Positions 1-10,188 are shown, numbered from the stretch's first letter. The stretch: 64,000 bases of DNA from Cyanobacteria bacterium P01_D01_bin.156 (GCA_039024555.1 JBCCQQ010000016.1:1-64000); one strand, 5' to 3'. Program-made: numbers and translations. Notes: generated by a model from the sequence alone, not told the origin.

Positions 1-201
1 CAGCGGCTGGCCTTTATGCGCCAGGGCAAACTCTGGGCCATTGGGGCCGTGGCCAACACCCTTACCCCTGAGGTAATCAATCAAGTATTCGATGTAGAAG
101 TGGCGATTTTGGATACCCCCGTGGGGCTTCAGATTTGTCCTATAGCTGCGTCTTCACCTGTCCCACCTGCTGTTGGATTAACCGAAGAAGCCGTAGTTTA
201 G
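1..201 (+). CDS. C-terminal part of an iron-siderophore/cobalamin ABC transporter ATP-binding protein (5' end outside window)
   Basis: Frame open from the window edge: QRLAFMRQGKLWAIG..LTPEVINQVFDVEV..LDTPVGLQICP resembles the FecE/FhuC C-terminus; followed by a TonB-receptor fragment. Confidence 0.7.
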   Translation, partial: QRLAFMRQGKLWAIGAVANTLTPEVINQVFDVEVAILDTPVGLQICPIAASSPVPPAVGLTEEAVV

Positions 202-407
202 GGCTAACTCTGCTAGTTCAACAGTGTTTACATTTCACCCAATTACGTGTTCTTTAATTGATTTTTCCAGGATGAACATTATCCGATTATTGCGAATTTT
301 TCTTTTCAGTACTCCTTGTTCTGCTTTGCTGATGGTAGCTCCTGCCATCAGCAAAGTAAAATGAAGCTTGTATAGAGGGTGCGATCGCTTGTGAAGAGGA
401 CCTACAG

Positions 408-854
408 GTGGAATCGCCGCCCGAGGCCCCGCGCTTAGCTCAGGAGGCCCCTGAGGATACTGAAGAGGAAACCGAGGACGATGGTTTGTTGCTCATTACC
501 GTCACCGGTACCCGTACTCCGCGCCCCATTCAAACAGTGCCGGTTACCGTGGATGTGATTGATGCCGATGATGTCAATCGCCTGTTGATTCGCGATATCT
601 CTGACCTTACTCGCTATGAGCCTGGGGTCTCTGTTAACAACAATCTTCAGTTTGGTCTCCAGGGTTTTAATATTTGTGGAATCGACGGTAATCGAGTATT
701 GATTCAAGTGGACGATATTCGTTTACCCTCAGCCTTTCAATCCGGTGATAGGGTCACCGTGGGTCAAGGCTTTAATGTCGATCGAGATTATTTCGATAGT
801 CTAAAAAAACAAATGCTTGTCTACATAGATACAGGCGATTTCATTAGTAGCTAG
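408..854 (+). pseudogene. Truncated TonB-dependent receptor (plug domain only)
   Basis: ITVTGTRTPR..PVTVDVID..DLTRYEPGVSV..FNI(C)GIDGNRVLIQVD plug motifs; similarity is lost around nt 800 and no beta-barrel follows. Confidence 0.8.
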
Positions 855-876
855 TGACGTCGCACTACTGTTTTCC

Positions 877-961
877 GTATAACGGTAAAGTTGAGCAGCG
901 ATGGGCACTCCTGAATACCAGACAAACGTATCTCACCCGTTGCTCCCACAAAGTGTTAGGC
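877..961 (+). other. attC-like recombination site 1
   Basis: GTATAAC...GTTAGGC ends, inner imperfect inverted repeat GAGCAGCG/CGTTGCTC, 85 bp. Confidence 0.55.
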
Positions 962-993
962 TGCCTTCGATGGCTTGCACTTAATTTCTTACA

Positions 994-1620
994 TCAAGTA
1001 GGTCGCTTTGACATCAATGTCCATAAACCTGCTGCTGACAGCATTGAGCCACCAGCAAGATTAAAGCGTCGCTGTACTCTCGAAGACAATAAGAGCCTGC
1101 GGGCTGAGCCTGCAAACATGACATAAAGTGTGGCATTGATAATAGACAGTGCTACAAATGTGAGTGCAAGAATCCAGAGTTGAGGAGCGACTCTTGCATT
1201 AGTGTTAATAAACTGGGGTAAAAATGCAGCGAAGAAAATAATACCTTTAGGATTGAGCGCTGTAACCAGATAGGTATTTGCAAACAACTTCCAGCGAGGG
1301 CCAGATTGTCTAATGGCTGTCACATCCCTTGAGTGCACATCTGCTAGCAAAAGCTTGATACCCAGATAAATTAAATACAAGCCGCCTATCCATTTAATAA
1401 CCCCAAACCAAAAAGCAGAGGCAGCTAAGATAGTTCCCAACCCTAAAAGAGACATCGCCATTGCAGTAGAGTCGGCAAGCGCCACCGCTGCGATGAGAGG
1501 AATATTAGCTTGTCGTCCATGGGACAACGAGTAGCTGATCACGGTAAGAATAGTTGGTCCCGGAATAATAAGCAGAACCACAGATGCAGCAATGAAGGCA
1601 AGCCAAATCTCGATAGACAT
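994..1620 (-). CDS. LysE/RhtB family amino-acid translocator
   Basis: N-terminal IPGP motif, LNPKG motif, about 6 hydrophobic helices, 208 aa. Confidence 0.9.
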   Translation of the reverse strand: MSIEIWLAFIAASVVLLIIPGPTILTVISYSLSHGRQANIPLIAAVALADSTAMAMSLLGLGTILAASAFWFGVIKWIGGLYLIYLGIKLLLADVHSRDVTAIRQSGPRWKLFANTYLVTALNPKGIIFFAAFLPQFINTNARVAPQLWILALTFVALSIINATLYVMFAGSARRLLLSSRVQRRFNLAGGSMLSAAGLWTLMSKRPT

Positions 1621-1741
1621 GTCAACTTTTTCTCAATAGGGTTGACGCTAACTTACAGCAAAACATATTCGCAAAACAGTAACCAAATTGTTAGTAAGAC
1701 ATCAGCACAGTGAATGTCTTGACTGGATAGTCTCCCTTTAG

Positions 1742-1790
1742 CAACTATAACGCCCGGATCACTTGCATGTTCAGTGAGGCTTTATAGTTG
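1742..1790. repeat. Imperfect hairpin, possibly a decayed attC site
   Basis: CAACTATAA(C)...TTATAGTTG arms with inner TCACT/AGTGA. Confidence 0.35.
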
Positions 1791-1961
1791 GCCTTGGATT
1801 GGAAACTTATGCTACAAACGCTGCACCTGAAATATAGTTGCTTAAATAAAAACGACATTGTGTTGTTTTGGAAAGATTGAATTTACTTAGGCAAGATGGT
1901 TGAGAGCGCAAAGTCTAGAAGACCTTGAATCCCTGCGCTCGGTGCAACTAATAAAATCGAA

Positions 1962-2051
1962 TCGTAACGTGCCCATCACCTGCTGCAGAGGTTATCCACA
2001 TCATACTACTGAGCGACTTTCGACGGTCGGTGTGCATGGGTGTTGTTAGCG
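1962..2051 (+). other. attC-like recombination site 2
   Basis: TCGTAAC-GTGCCCATCACC...GGTGTGCATGGGTGTT-GTTAGCG, 90 bp with bulged inner pairing. Confidence 0.6.
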
Positions 2052-2249
2052 GCGATCGCTTGCTTTGAAGAATCCAGAGGTATGGTGCGTTCCCTACAAG
2101 ATCTGACTCTGACGTTAGTAAGGTTTTAGGGAAATGTTAGCCGCCATCACGATGTAAAAAATGTTTAAATAGCCATTCTTCCCAATATCCAATATGTATG
2201 CTAGCTAATAGCATATGTTGACTAAAGAATTTTAAGCGCTGTTGGAATC

Positions 2250-2576
2250 ATGAACTTCAAATATTGTCTTGTTAGTTTAGTTTTATTTAGTATCCCTGCA
2301 GCTTTTGTTCTTCCTGTCAGAGCAGATGTGCTCAGAAACGATGAATCTGGATTATGCTTGGATGTAGCTGAAAGCAGACATGGAGGTAATGTTGTTGTTG
2401 CTACTTGTGAGGGTAGCAACCGTCGTCCATACCAAGTCTGGACAATTGCGGGGACTTCGTATTTTAACAACGAATCCGGGTTGTGTTTAGATGTGGCTGA
2501 GAACAGGCATGGGGGTAACGTTGTTGTCGCTACTTGTGGGGATAGCAGCCGTCGTCCATATCAAGCTTGGCAATAA
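2250..2576 (+). CDS. Secreted ricin-B-type lectin-repeat protein (two repeats)
   Basis: Signal peptide, then two copies of NxESGLCLDVAExRHGGNVVVATCxxSxRRPYQxW (CLD and QxW motifs). Confidence 0.8.
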   Translation: MNFKYCLVSLVLFSIPAAFVLPVRADVLRNDESGLCLDVAESRHGGNVVVATCEGSNRRPYQVWTIAGTSYFNNESGLCLDVAENRHGGNVVVATCGDSSRRPYQAWQ

Positions 2577-2655
2577 TTCCGGTGCTTCCAGAATTCCTGT
2601 GATATCTCCTAGATATAGGAATGTGTTCAACCAATCCCCTGTGAGATCATAGAAA

Positions 2656-2771
2656 CTGCTCGGTTAGTATTCTTCAAGTACTGAGTAAAGTTCTGACAAG
2701 ATCATGCTACTTGCTTCCACACACAATATTAGGGTTCTACAAAATTTCAAGGTTGAATACTAACCGAGCAG
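2656..2771. mobile_element. 116-bp MITE-like element
   Basis: Perfect 17-bp terminal inverted repeats CTGCTCGGTTAGTATTC / GAATACTAACCGAGCAG, non-coding interior. Confidence 0.65.
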
Positions 2772-2803
2772 AATTTCGCTTAAGTCTCCACCGAGAATTA
2801 GCC

Positions 2804-2888
2804 GGATAACGTGGAGCTGAGCGGCGATCAGTGTTTTGGCATTGATGCCTAGATTCCAAACTCTGTACGCTCCTGCGTCAGGTTAGGC
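2804..2888 (+). other. attC-like recombination site 3
   Basis: GGATAAC-GTGGAGCTGAGCG...CGCTCCTGCGTCAG-GTTAGGC, 85 bp. Confidence 0.6.
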
Positions 2889-3322
2889 AGATGGGGCTAA
2901 TGGCCTGGTTCACCTCGGGACTATATTAGATTCCAACTGCTCACTTCAATCAGTTGTGTGCATGCTACATTCCTGAATGTGATTGCCGATAAGGACTATT
3001 GAAATTGGTTTGTTCGTCTAAGCCTCTTCACAGAACAATGATGAACACTGTGCTTGGCATACAAATTCTAAGCATTGGTTTATCTGTAAAAACAGATTCA
3101 GATTTGTTACTAATTAATCAGTTATTGAAATAAGTTCAGAATAACGGAAATCACTAGTAAGAAAAGCAAGTAGCTCATTAATCATTTCATCCTGTTAGCT
3201 AACCGTTTCCCCGTATTGCTTTTCTTTTTTAGGGCTAATTTTGTCCCAAGGAGTTTAAAATGTTTGATAAGAGGTGCATTAGCCACCTGCTCTATCTAAC
3301 TGAAGATTCGTGACTGTAGCAG

Positions 3323-5446
3323 ATGAGTGAGTTATTTAGTGGTACGGGTGAAGGTCTAGCCCGCCTGGGCTTAGAAATTTTAGGGAAAGGCAGCAATGTC
3401 ATCAGCAGTGAATTTAGACAGCGTTGGTTTAATGCATCGGGTAAATATATTACCAATTACAAGAAACGACATTGCCAGCTTAAGGTCTTAGGTATGCGTG
3501 AACCAGTCGATTTAGCTAAGGTTTACACAGGTGTCAAATTACTGAATGATGACGATATTTCAGAATTTGAATCTACGGAAGCATTGGAAGATCTCTATCG
3601 GCAGACAAGATTTCGTGGCTACACAGGTATTTACAGCGATATGCTCAAGCGTTCAGGCATTAGTGTCGCAAATGAAAAACAGTATTTGATGGTATTAGGT
3701 GGTCCAGGAGCTGGTACATCTACTTTCTTACGTAAAATTGGACTAGAGGCACTGAAAGCACTTCACCATGAAGATTCAACATACAAACATCAGTGTGTAC
3801 CAGTACTGTTAGAGCTCAAGCGATTAGAATCTGACGAGATAGATATTCCTGCATTAATTGCGAAAGAATTTTCAACATGTGGATTTCCAGAACCACAACA
3901 ATTCGCCATCAATGCGTTGGAGCAGGGAAAACTATTAATTATTTTGGATGGTCTGGATGAGGTTCCTACAGCAAATCTCAAAAATGCTATTCATTCCATA
4001 CAAGACTTTGTTGATTACTATGATGAAAATCGATTCTTAGCCTCTTGTCGTACTGCTGCATATCGTGGCAGCTTTAAACGTTTTAGTGACGTGAGTATGG
4101 CTGACTTCGATGATCAACAAATTGAACAATTTATTTGCAACTGGTTTAGCAGTGAACAGGATATTGAACGAGAGACAAGCAACAAGTGCTGGGAAGTTCT
4201 TCAACAAGCTGAAAACAAATCAGCTAAAGAACTAGCACATACCCCCTTACTGCTTACTTTTTTATGTCTAGTGTATGATCGAGCACAAAGATTCCCCAAC
4301 AATCGAAGCACATTATATAAAAAAGCTTTAAGAATCCTACTTGAAGAATGGGCAGCAGAAAAAAGAATTAACCGTGATGAGATTTATGATGGATTAAGCA
4401 TAGAGTTAGAGGAGGAATTATTGGCCGAGATTGCATACACAGGTTTCGTTTCCGATCAGTTGTTTTTCTCACAACGTGAATTAACACAGCAAATCAAAGG
4501 TTTTTTGTCCAGCAACTTAAATGCACCAAGGACGTTAGATGGCAAGGAAGTTTTGCGTGCTATAGAGGTACAACAGGGTATTTTAGTGGAAAGAGCTGAG
4601 GATGCTTACTCATTTTCACATTTGACTTTGCAAGAATATTTGACTGCTCAGTACTTGATTAACAATCAGCAATGGGACGAAATAATCAAAAAATATGCGG
4701 TTGAAGTTCGATGGCGAGAGGTATTGTTATTAGCATCTGGACTATTTACAGGAAAGCAAGGGGCGAATCCTCTTTTAACTTTATTAGATCAACAATCTTT
4801 GCAGTATTTGACGTCTCCTAAAGTAAGACGTTGGATTCAAAAAGTAACATATTCGACAATTAGGTCTCAAGGTAAATTTAAAGATTGTGCAAAACGGTCA
4901 TCTGCCATTTTCCTTGCTCTTTCATTGGCTAAATCGCATCAATCTGACCAACTGCAGATGCAGGAAAAATTCGAGGTAAGGCGAGCTATTGAAAATATAT
5001 ATGAGAAAGAAATGGAACATGTTCTAGCTAATGCAGAAGAGCTAGCAAAGCATCTTGCTCCAGAACTTTTTTCAGCTCTTAATCCTGAACTTGTTCGCCT
5101 TCGAGCCCGAGCTTTTGCAGAAAGACTCTTTTTATTAAAGATTTTTAAGAGAGAAAATCTCGGGAGTCTTTTCCAAGCGTTGAAGAATCTTCAAAAAGAT
5201 ATACCAAGCCGAAATGCTTCCAAGGTAGAAATATATGCCTTTAGAAAAAAACTGTCAGAGGCGTGGTTTAGTGTCTTAGAACTAACAGAATATGAAGTTA
5301 GACTTTCTCCGACTCAATATGTAGTGTTGGCTAACTATCTGTATATTTGTGAACTCATGGTGCGATGTAAGGAGGCGGCTATACGAGTATCTCCTGAAGT
5401 ATGGGAAGACATCGAATCACACATACTTAACATACCCGTCGAATAA
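3323..5446 (+). CDS. NACHT-domain (STAND) NTPase, possible NLR-like defence protein; Walker A Lys replaced by Thr
   Basis: LMVLGGPGAGTST, LIILDGLDEV, SCR, TPLLL and YSFSHLTLQEYLTA motifs; AT-rich. Confidence 0.88.
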   Translation: MSELFSGTGEGLARLGLEILGKGSNVISSEFRQRWFNASGKYITNYKKRHCQLKVLGMREPVDLAKVYTGVKLLNDDDISEFESTEALEDLYRQTRFRGYTGIYSDMLKRSGISVANEKQYLMVLGGPGAGTSTFLRKIGLEALKALHHEDSTYKHQCVPVLLELKRLESDEIDIPALIAKEFSTCGFPEPQQFAINALEQGKLLIILDGLDEVPTANLKNAIHSIQDFVDYYDENRFLASCRTAAYRGSFKRFSDVSMADFDDQQIEQFICNWFSSEQDIERETSNKCWEVLQQAENKSAKELAHTPLLLTFLCLVYDRAQRFPNNRSTLYKKALRILLEEWAAEKRINRDEIYDGLSIELEEELLAEIAYTGFVSDQLFFSQRELTQQIKGFLSSNLNAPRTLDGKEVLRAIEVQQGILVERAEDAYSFSHLTLQEYLTAQYLINNQQWDEIIKKYAVEVRWREVLLLASGLFTGKQGANPLLTLLDQQSLQYLTSPKVRRWIQKVTYSTIRSQGKFKDCAKRSSAIFLALSLAKSHQSDQLQMQEKFEVRRAIENIYEKEMEHVLANAEELAKHLAPELFSALNPELVRLRARAFAERLFLLKIFKRENLGSLFQALKNLQKDIPSRNASKVEIYAFRKKLSEAWFSVLELTEYEVRLSPTQYVVLANYLYICELMVRCKEAAIRVSPEVWEDIESHILNIPVE

Positions 5447-5917
5447 TTACTTCACATACTGTTTTTTGATCTAATAAATGTCAGCCAAAACGATTACCCT
5501 GCGCAAATAACTTTAGGAGCATTTGACATTTTAAGTATTGTGGAAAAACCATTCAACCCTAACAAACCATCAAGTGCAACATATGGTGATAAGTCTGTCT
5601 AACTATATATTCAGCGTCAGATTTGTTAGATAAGACCCATAATTTCGGATCTTATCCGTCACTTTTGGGTGATAACGCCCTTATTTACAGAACTTATATA
5701 CAATTTTTGACACATAATTCTGGGAAAGCAGGGTGTTATACGTCACATTTGACAGTTAAGTATGCTGAATAGGGTGCTTATGTATCATTTTTGACTCATA
5801 AGCACTTTCAGATGGGCGTTGTACGTCACTTGCCAGGCCAACACCCAAGAGGCTCAATTCAGGCGCAGAATCTACATGCTGTCACCTAACCACACTGTCG
5901 TATCCTAACGGAACACA

Positions 5918-7726
5918 TTAGCCCAAATACTCGGTAACAAAATCAAGAATTGCCTTGTATCCCCTCGCCTGATTTTCCTTCTTCACAAACCCGTGGCCCT
6001 CGTCTTCAAACACCACATATTCCACCGGAATTCCTCTAGACTGCACAGCCTCCACAATCTCATCCGACTCCACCTTCAATACACGCGGATCGTTAGCCCC
6101 CTGTAACACCATTAGGGGTTTAACAATGTGCTCAGTATGAAACAACGGCGATTTAGCCCGAAGAAACTCTTCATCATCAAAGTCTCCCATCTCCTGCTCC
6201 AGAGCCTTACGAAAAGACTCCCACCAGGGTGGAATACTCTGTAACGTGCGCACCCAATTAGACACACCAAAAATATCAATGCCCACATCAAAGACATTTG
6301 GCTGAAACGCCAACGCGGCCAGCACCATATAACCGCCATAGCTACCACCGATAATGCCAATGCGGTCCGGATCGATCAGGCCAGTCTCAATCAGCATCTG
6401 CTTGCTGGCTACCACATCCTTCAGGTCAACGTCACCATGTTTACGATCGTCTAGGTGGTAAAACGTTTTGCCATAACCAGAACTGCCACGGTTGTTGATG
6501 GCATAAACAGCATATCCATGGTTGACCAGATACTGAATCAGTGCAGAGTATCCCACTCGACTCTGGCCACCAGGCCCACCATGTACCCAGACTAAGCCTG
6601 GCACCTTTGTCTCCTTACTTGCCTGATGGGGTGTGTAGAGAATACCAGGAATCTCTAGGTTGTCGTAGGACGCAAACCGGATCACCTTGCCCGCTACCAA
6701 ATCTTGAGAGTCAATATTGTTGTTTAGGGACTGGGTTAAACAGTTGGGACCCTTGTCGGAGAAGTCGTAAACAAACAAATCGCGGGGTATTTTGCTGTTG
6801 CTTGCATAAAACGCCATCCGGTCTTCAGAACGTGAAATAGTGACAGAGCTAATTTCAGCATCTGGCAGTTGGGGCAGGGCCACCGGCTTCATCGTCGCTG
6901 TGTCGTATACCCTAAGCTCTGTACTGGCATCGTTATTAATGCCGATCACCAGATACTTACCGTGCTTTGAAAAATAGGAATAGTTAATATCCCAGTCAGC
7001 GGTCTCGACCTTTTGACGCTCTCCAGTGGCCAGGGTATAGCGCATCAGATAGAGAAACTCGCTATCTTTATCGGTTGTGTAGTATAGGTGTTGTCCATCG
7101 GGAGTAAACCCCATGGGACGGTGGTTGATGTCCCCATCATGGGGCGTAATTTTTTCCAGATTGCCTGTGGTGCGATCGCACAAATAAATATCGCTATCGC
7201 CATTTGTCTCGGTCTTCGCCAGGGCAATATAGCGCCGATCTGGAGTAATATCTCCAAAATTATAGCCTGTGTCATTTTGGTAGATTAGCTCTCGCTGGTA
7301 GGAGCTAGCATCGTATTCATAGACATCAAAAAAGCGCTGATCCCGTTCGTTTGTGCAGAGGAAAAACGAACGGTCATCCTGTGCCCAGCCTGCAAAAAAG
7401 GCTTTGAGATTTTCACCAGGAGTCAGATCAGTAACTGCACCATCGGTCGCTTGCACATAGACATGGCTCAGTTCATTGCCACCGCGATCGCTACGATACA
7501 AAAATCGTTCATCCTCGGGAAAGTAGCCGATTACAAAAATAGAATCCGTTGTCGAATGGGTCAGCGGCTCAAGGGTGCGATCTCCAATATTAATGGCGTA
7601 GGCATTGTAAATTCCAGACGCATCACTACTGACGAGTACCTTACGATTGTCTGGAGAAAATGATGAGCCTCTATAGTTGGTTGTGCCGAGAAATTCTTCA
7701 ATGGAGTAGGTTCTTGGACTGGCCAT
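5918..7726 (-). CDS. S9 family (prolyl oligopeptidase / acylaminoacyl peptidase) serine peptidase
   Basis: Beta-propeller N-terminus, VHGGP, GGSYGG nucleophile, GANDPRV, DEGHG. Confidence 0.95.
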   Translation of the reverse strand: MASPRTYSIEEFLGTTNYRGSSFSPDNRKVLVSSDASGIYNAYAINIGDRTLEPLTHSTTDSIFVIGYFPEDERFLYRSDRGGNELSHVYVQATDGAVTDLTPGENLKAFFAGWAQDDRSFFLCTNERDQRFFDVYEYDASSYQRELIYQNDTGYNFGDITPDRRYIALAKTETNGDSDIYLCDRTTGNLEKITPHDGDINHRPMGFTPDGQHLYYTTDKDSEFLYLMRYTLATGERQKVETADWDINYSYFSKHGKYLVIGINNDASTELRVYDTATMKPVALPQLPDAEISSVTISRSEDRMAFYASNSKIPRDLFVYDFSDKGPNCLTQSLNNNIDSQDLVAGKVIRFASYDNLEIPGILYTPHQASKETKVPGLVWVHGGPGGQSRVGYSALIQYLVNHGYAVYAINNRGSSGYGKTFYHLDDRKHGDVDLKDVVASKQMLIETGLIDPDRIGIIGGSYGGYMVLAALAFQPNVFDVGIDIFGVSNWVRTLQSIPPWWESFRKALEQEMGDFDDEEFLRAKSPLFHTEHIVKPLMVLQGANDPRVLKVESDEIVEAVQSRGIPVEYVVFEDEGHGFVKKENQARGYKAILDFVTEYLG

Positions 7727-8003
7727 AAAGGACTTACCTCAGGATGTTGGGTTATTTGGCATCTCTAATTTCTGTAGTATAGCTAATCCAGAAAAAGCTC
7801 CATGGTGGCCCAGTCTGCATCCTATAACAGGATAAGCTGTTTTAGTTCACTACTATGAATCGCTTGTATGATAGCGTCAGCAAACCTTCCTGCCATCAAT
7901 ACCTGAAAAGGACGACCATAGTAATCTCTTGGTACTGTTGCAACAGAAATTAGGGAAGTGCGTGAAAATAAGACACCTTAAGAAGGCTTGGCGATACCTG
8001 GTT

Positions 8004-8100
8004 CCCCTTGGCAAGGGGAAACGTCAGGGAGGGGTCTGGAAAACTAGCGCAAATGGCCGAAGACCCCTCCGCCTAAGGCACCTCCCCTTGTTAAGGGGAG
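8004..8100. repeat. Cyanobacterial palindromic intergenic repeat (CCCCTT..AAGGGG / GGAGGGGTCT..AGACCCCTCC)
   Basis: Two CCCCTTGnnAAGGGGA palindromes flank an inverted GGAGGGGTCT/AGACCCCTCC pair. Confidence 0.55.
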
Positions 8101-8149
8101 GACGTTGCTTAATAAAATCCTGCTTGGAATTTTATTTTTGTGCAATCGC

Positions 8150-8290
8150 CTTAGCGAGATAAAGACCGATCCATTCTGGGGCCAGCTAACGGCTGTAAAG
8201 TCGGACCAAGTGTATGGCTTTGACTACCATGGCTTGATTAACCCAAGGAGTATTCAGAGTGTTGAGCAGGTGTGTGAGACCCTGAGCTAG
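8150..8290 (+). pseudogene. C-terminal remnant of an iron-siderophore periplasmic binding protein
   Basis: DPFWGQLTAVKSDQVYGFDYHGLINPRSIQSVEQVCETL resembles the C-terminus of FecB/FhuD-type proteins; N-terminal part absent. Confidence 0.65.
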
Positions 8291-8306
8291 GGTGGAAATA
8301 ATCGGG

Positions 8307-9032
8307 CTAGAAGCCGAATATACCCATAAGCCACGGCACAACAATGGATGTAACCACGGCAGATAGGGCCATTCCCAACCCGGCAAAGGCTCCCATCTCG
8401 GAACTCACTCGAAACGCTGAAGCCGTACCAATCCCGTGGGCGGCTAACCCCATGGCAATGCCCTTAATGCTGTCATCTTTTATGCCCATTAATCTAAACA
8501 GATGACTACCAATAACGGCTCCTAAAATCCCGGTGATAACGACTAAAACAGCCGTTAAAGAGGGTAAGCCCCCAATCTTTTCTGAAATACCCATGGCAAC
8601 AGGAGTTGTTACCGACTTGGGAGCCATGGATAGCTGGGTTTGTATACTTGCTCCTAAAATGCGTGAGATCGCAACAGCACTAGAAGCACTAATCATCACC
8701 CCCAAAATCAACGTAATGGACACCGGTAGCCATACCTTTTTTAATCTCGAAATCTGTTTATAGAGCGGTATCGCTAAAGCAACCGTTGCGGGGCCTAGCA
8801 AAAAGTGAATAAACTGTCCCCCTTCAAAATAGGCTTCATAGGACGTATTTGTGGATAAAAGCGCCCCAATCAATAGGACAACAGCTGTCACTAACGGGTT
8901 AAAAATCGGATTGTACTTACTGTAAACATAGAGTCGGTAGCCAATAATGTAGGCCACCAGGGTCATGGTGATTCCCAATAGAGGAGAAGCGGAAAGGTAT
9001 ACCCAAATCCTCGCAACATCGGATTCAAACAT
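8307..9032 (-). CDS. lrgB: LrgB/CidB family membrane protein
   Basis: LLGPATVALAIPLY, PKSVTTPVA, GLAAHGIGTA motifs; start reassigned to ATG at 9032 (MFESDVARIW), overlapping the cidA stop. Confidence 0.9.
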   Translation of the reverse strand: MFESDVARIWVYLSASPLLGITMTLVAYIIGYRLYVYSKYNPIFNPLVTAVVLLIGALLSTNTSYEAYFEGGQFIHFLLGPATVALAIPLYKQISRLKKVWLPVSITLILGVMISASSAVAISRILGASIQTQLSMAPKSVTTPVAMGISEKIGGLPSLTAVLVVITGILGAVIGSHLFRLMGIKDDSIKGIAMGLAAHGIGTASAFRVSSEMGAFAGLGMALSAVVTSIVVPWLMGIFGF

Positions 9033-9387
9033 CTTTTGATACCCCTGACCAACGGTGCATGCTCGACATAATGGCGGCTGTCGCAGCCATGGTGACAACA
9101 GTACTGAGCAGTAACGTCAGCACAATCGACAGCCATTCATTAGAAATGCGCTCGAAATGGGTCATCAGTCCCACCCCGGCAGGGACAAAGAGCAATGATA
9201 AATGGCTAAGCAGTGCTTCAGATGCGGAATCGATAGACTCAGGGATGCGTCTTCGCCACAACAGGGTCAAAAATAACAGAGCCATTCCAATGACTGGTCC
9301 CGGCACCGGCAGCTGTAGCAACATCGTAAAGGCTTCCCCTATCAGCTGATAGAGAAGCAGTAGGGTAATCCCATTGAGAAACGTCAT
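9025..9387 (-). CDS. cidA: CidA/LrgA family holin-like protein
   Basis: PVPGPVIGM and LSLLFVPAGVG motifs, 120 aa, coupled to lrgB. Confidence 0.9.
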   Translation of the reverse strand: MTFLNGITLLLLYQLIGEAFTMLLQLPVPGPVIGMALLFLTLLWRRRIPESIDSASEALLSHLSLLFVPAGVGLMTHFERISNEWLSIVLTLLLSTVVTMAATAAIMSSMHRWSGVSKDV

Positions 9388-9730
9388 TTTCGTTAAGGCG
9401 AACGGATATCAATTAAAGGATGCTGGTAATCCTTTGCATAAATGTATCCGTCAGATTCAAAACAATCGCTAGATTTATGGATCGTTTTATTCAGAACTAG
9501 CAACAAGTTATTCAACAGTGCTTGGAAAATCTGTATTAAGTCACTAGCAGCAAGGAGTTTGGCTACCCAGCAGCAGGGGCAATCGGCTTAGCCACTCGCT
9601 TATGCCAAAGCGCTACTGCAGTCTAGGGCGTTTGCAAACTTCTTGAGATCGCATATCATGAAGCAACATTCGTGCACAGGTAAATGCAGTTTATTGGTGC
9701 CGCCTTGATTAGCCAGTATCATCCAGCTTT

Positions 9731-9916
9731 ATGGACTCTCAGACTTGGTTATTGATCCTTTGCTTTTTGGCTATATCCGCATGTGGGCTAAGGCTTTCCT
9801 GGCTTTGGTGCTATCGACCAAAATATGAAAGATGGCGACAGCGATCGCAACTGAATGCTCAGTTTGGCAAGTTTAAGCGGTCTAAGCGGCGGGTATACTA
9901 TGCGCCACCTAAATGA
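9731..9916 (+). CDS. Small hypothetical single-pass membrane protein
   Basis: ATG start, N-terminal hydrophobic helix, basic tail. Confidence 0.45.
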   Translation: MDSQTWLLILCFLAISACGLRLSWLWCYRPKYERWRQRSQLNAQFGKFKRSKRRVYYAPPK

Positions 9917-10098
9917 AAACTAGCATCAATAGTTAAATCATTAAGTTTTTTGCCATTGGGTTGCTTTACCCAGTTACCTATTGACGTAGGTATTGGTAAG
10001 CATTCCTAGCATTTTTCCTACGAGCTATCTTGCTGAGCTTCTCGACTTGTTGGAACTTTTTTATCTTCTAACTTATTACGAGTTCTTGGCTTAAACAT

Positions 10099-10130
10099 AA
10101 AGAAAAGCCTGCACCGTTAGGCACAGGCTT
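10099..10130 (-). terminator. Intrinsic terminator after isiA
   Basis: Minus strand reads AAGCCTGTGCC-TAAC-GGTGCAGGCTT followed by a T-rich tract. Confidence 0.65.
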
Positions 10131-10188
10131 GGTTGAGAGAGGAGTCTCAATCGGCGATCTCTAGAAAACGTTTATACTCCGCGCGAGC

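Noticed and set aside
7929..8162. 77-aa ORF and possible element with imperfect ends near 7934 and 8150
   Set aside because: The ORF is a translation of a palindromic repeat; the terminal repeats are too degenerate to call
9033..9098. Longer lrgB start given in the ORF track
   Set aside because: Overlaps cidA extensively; ATG 9032 gives typical translational coupling
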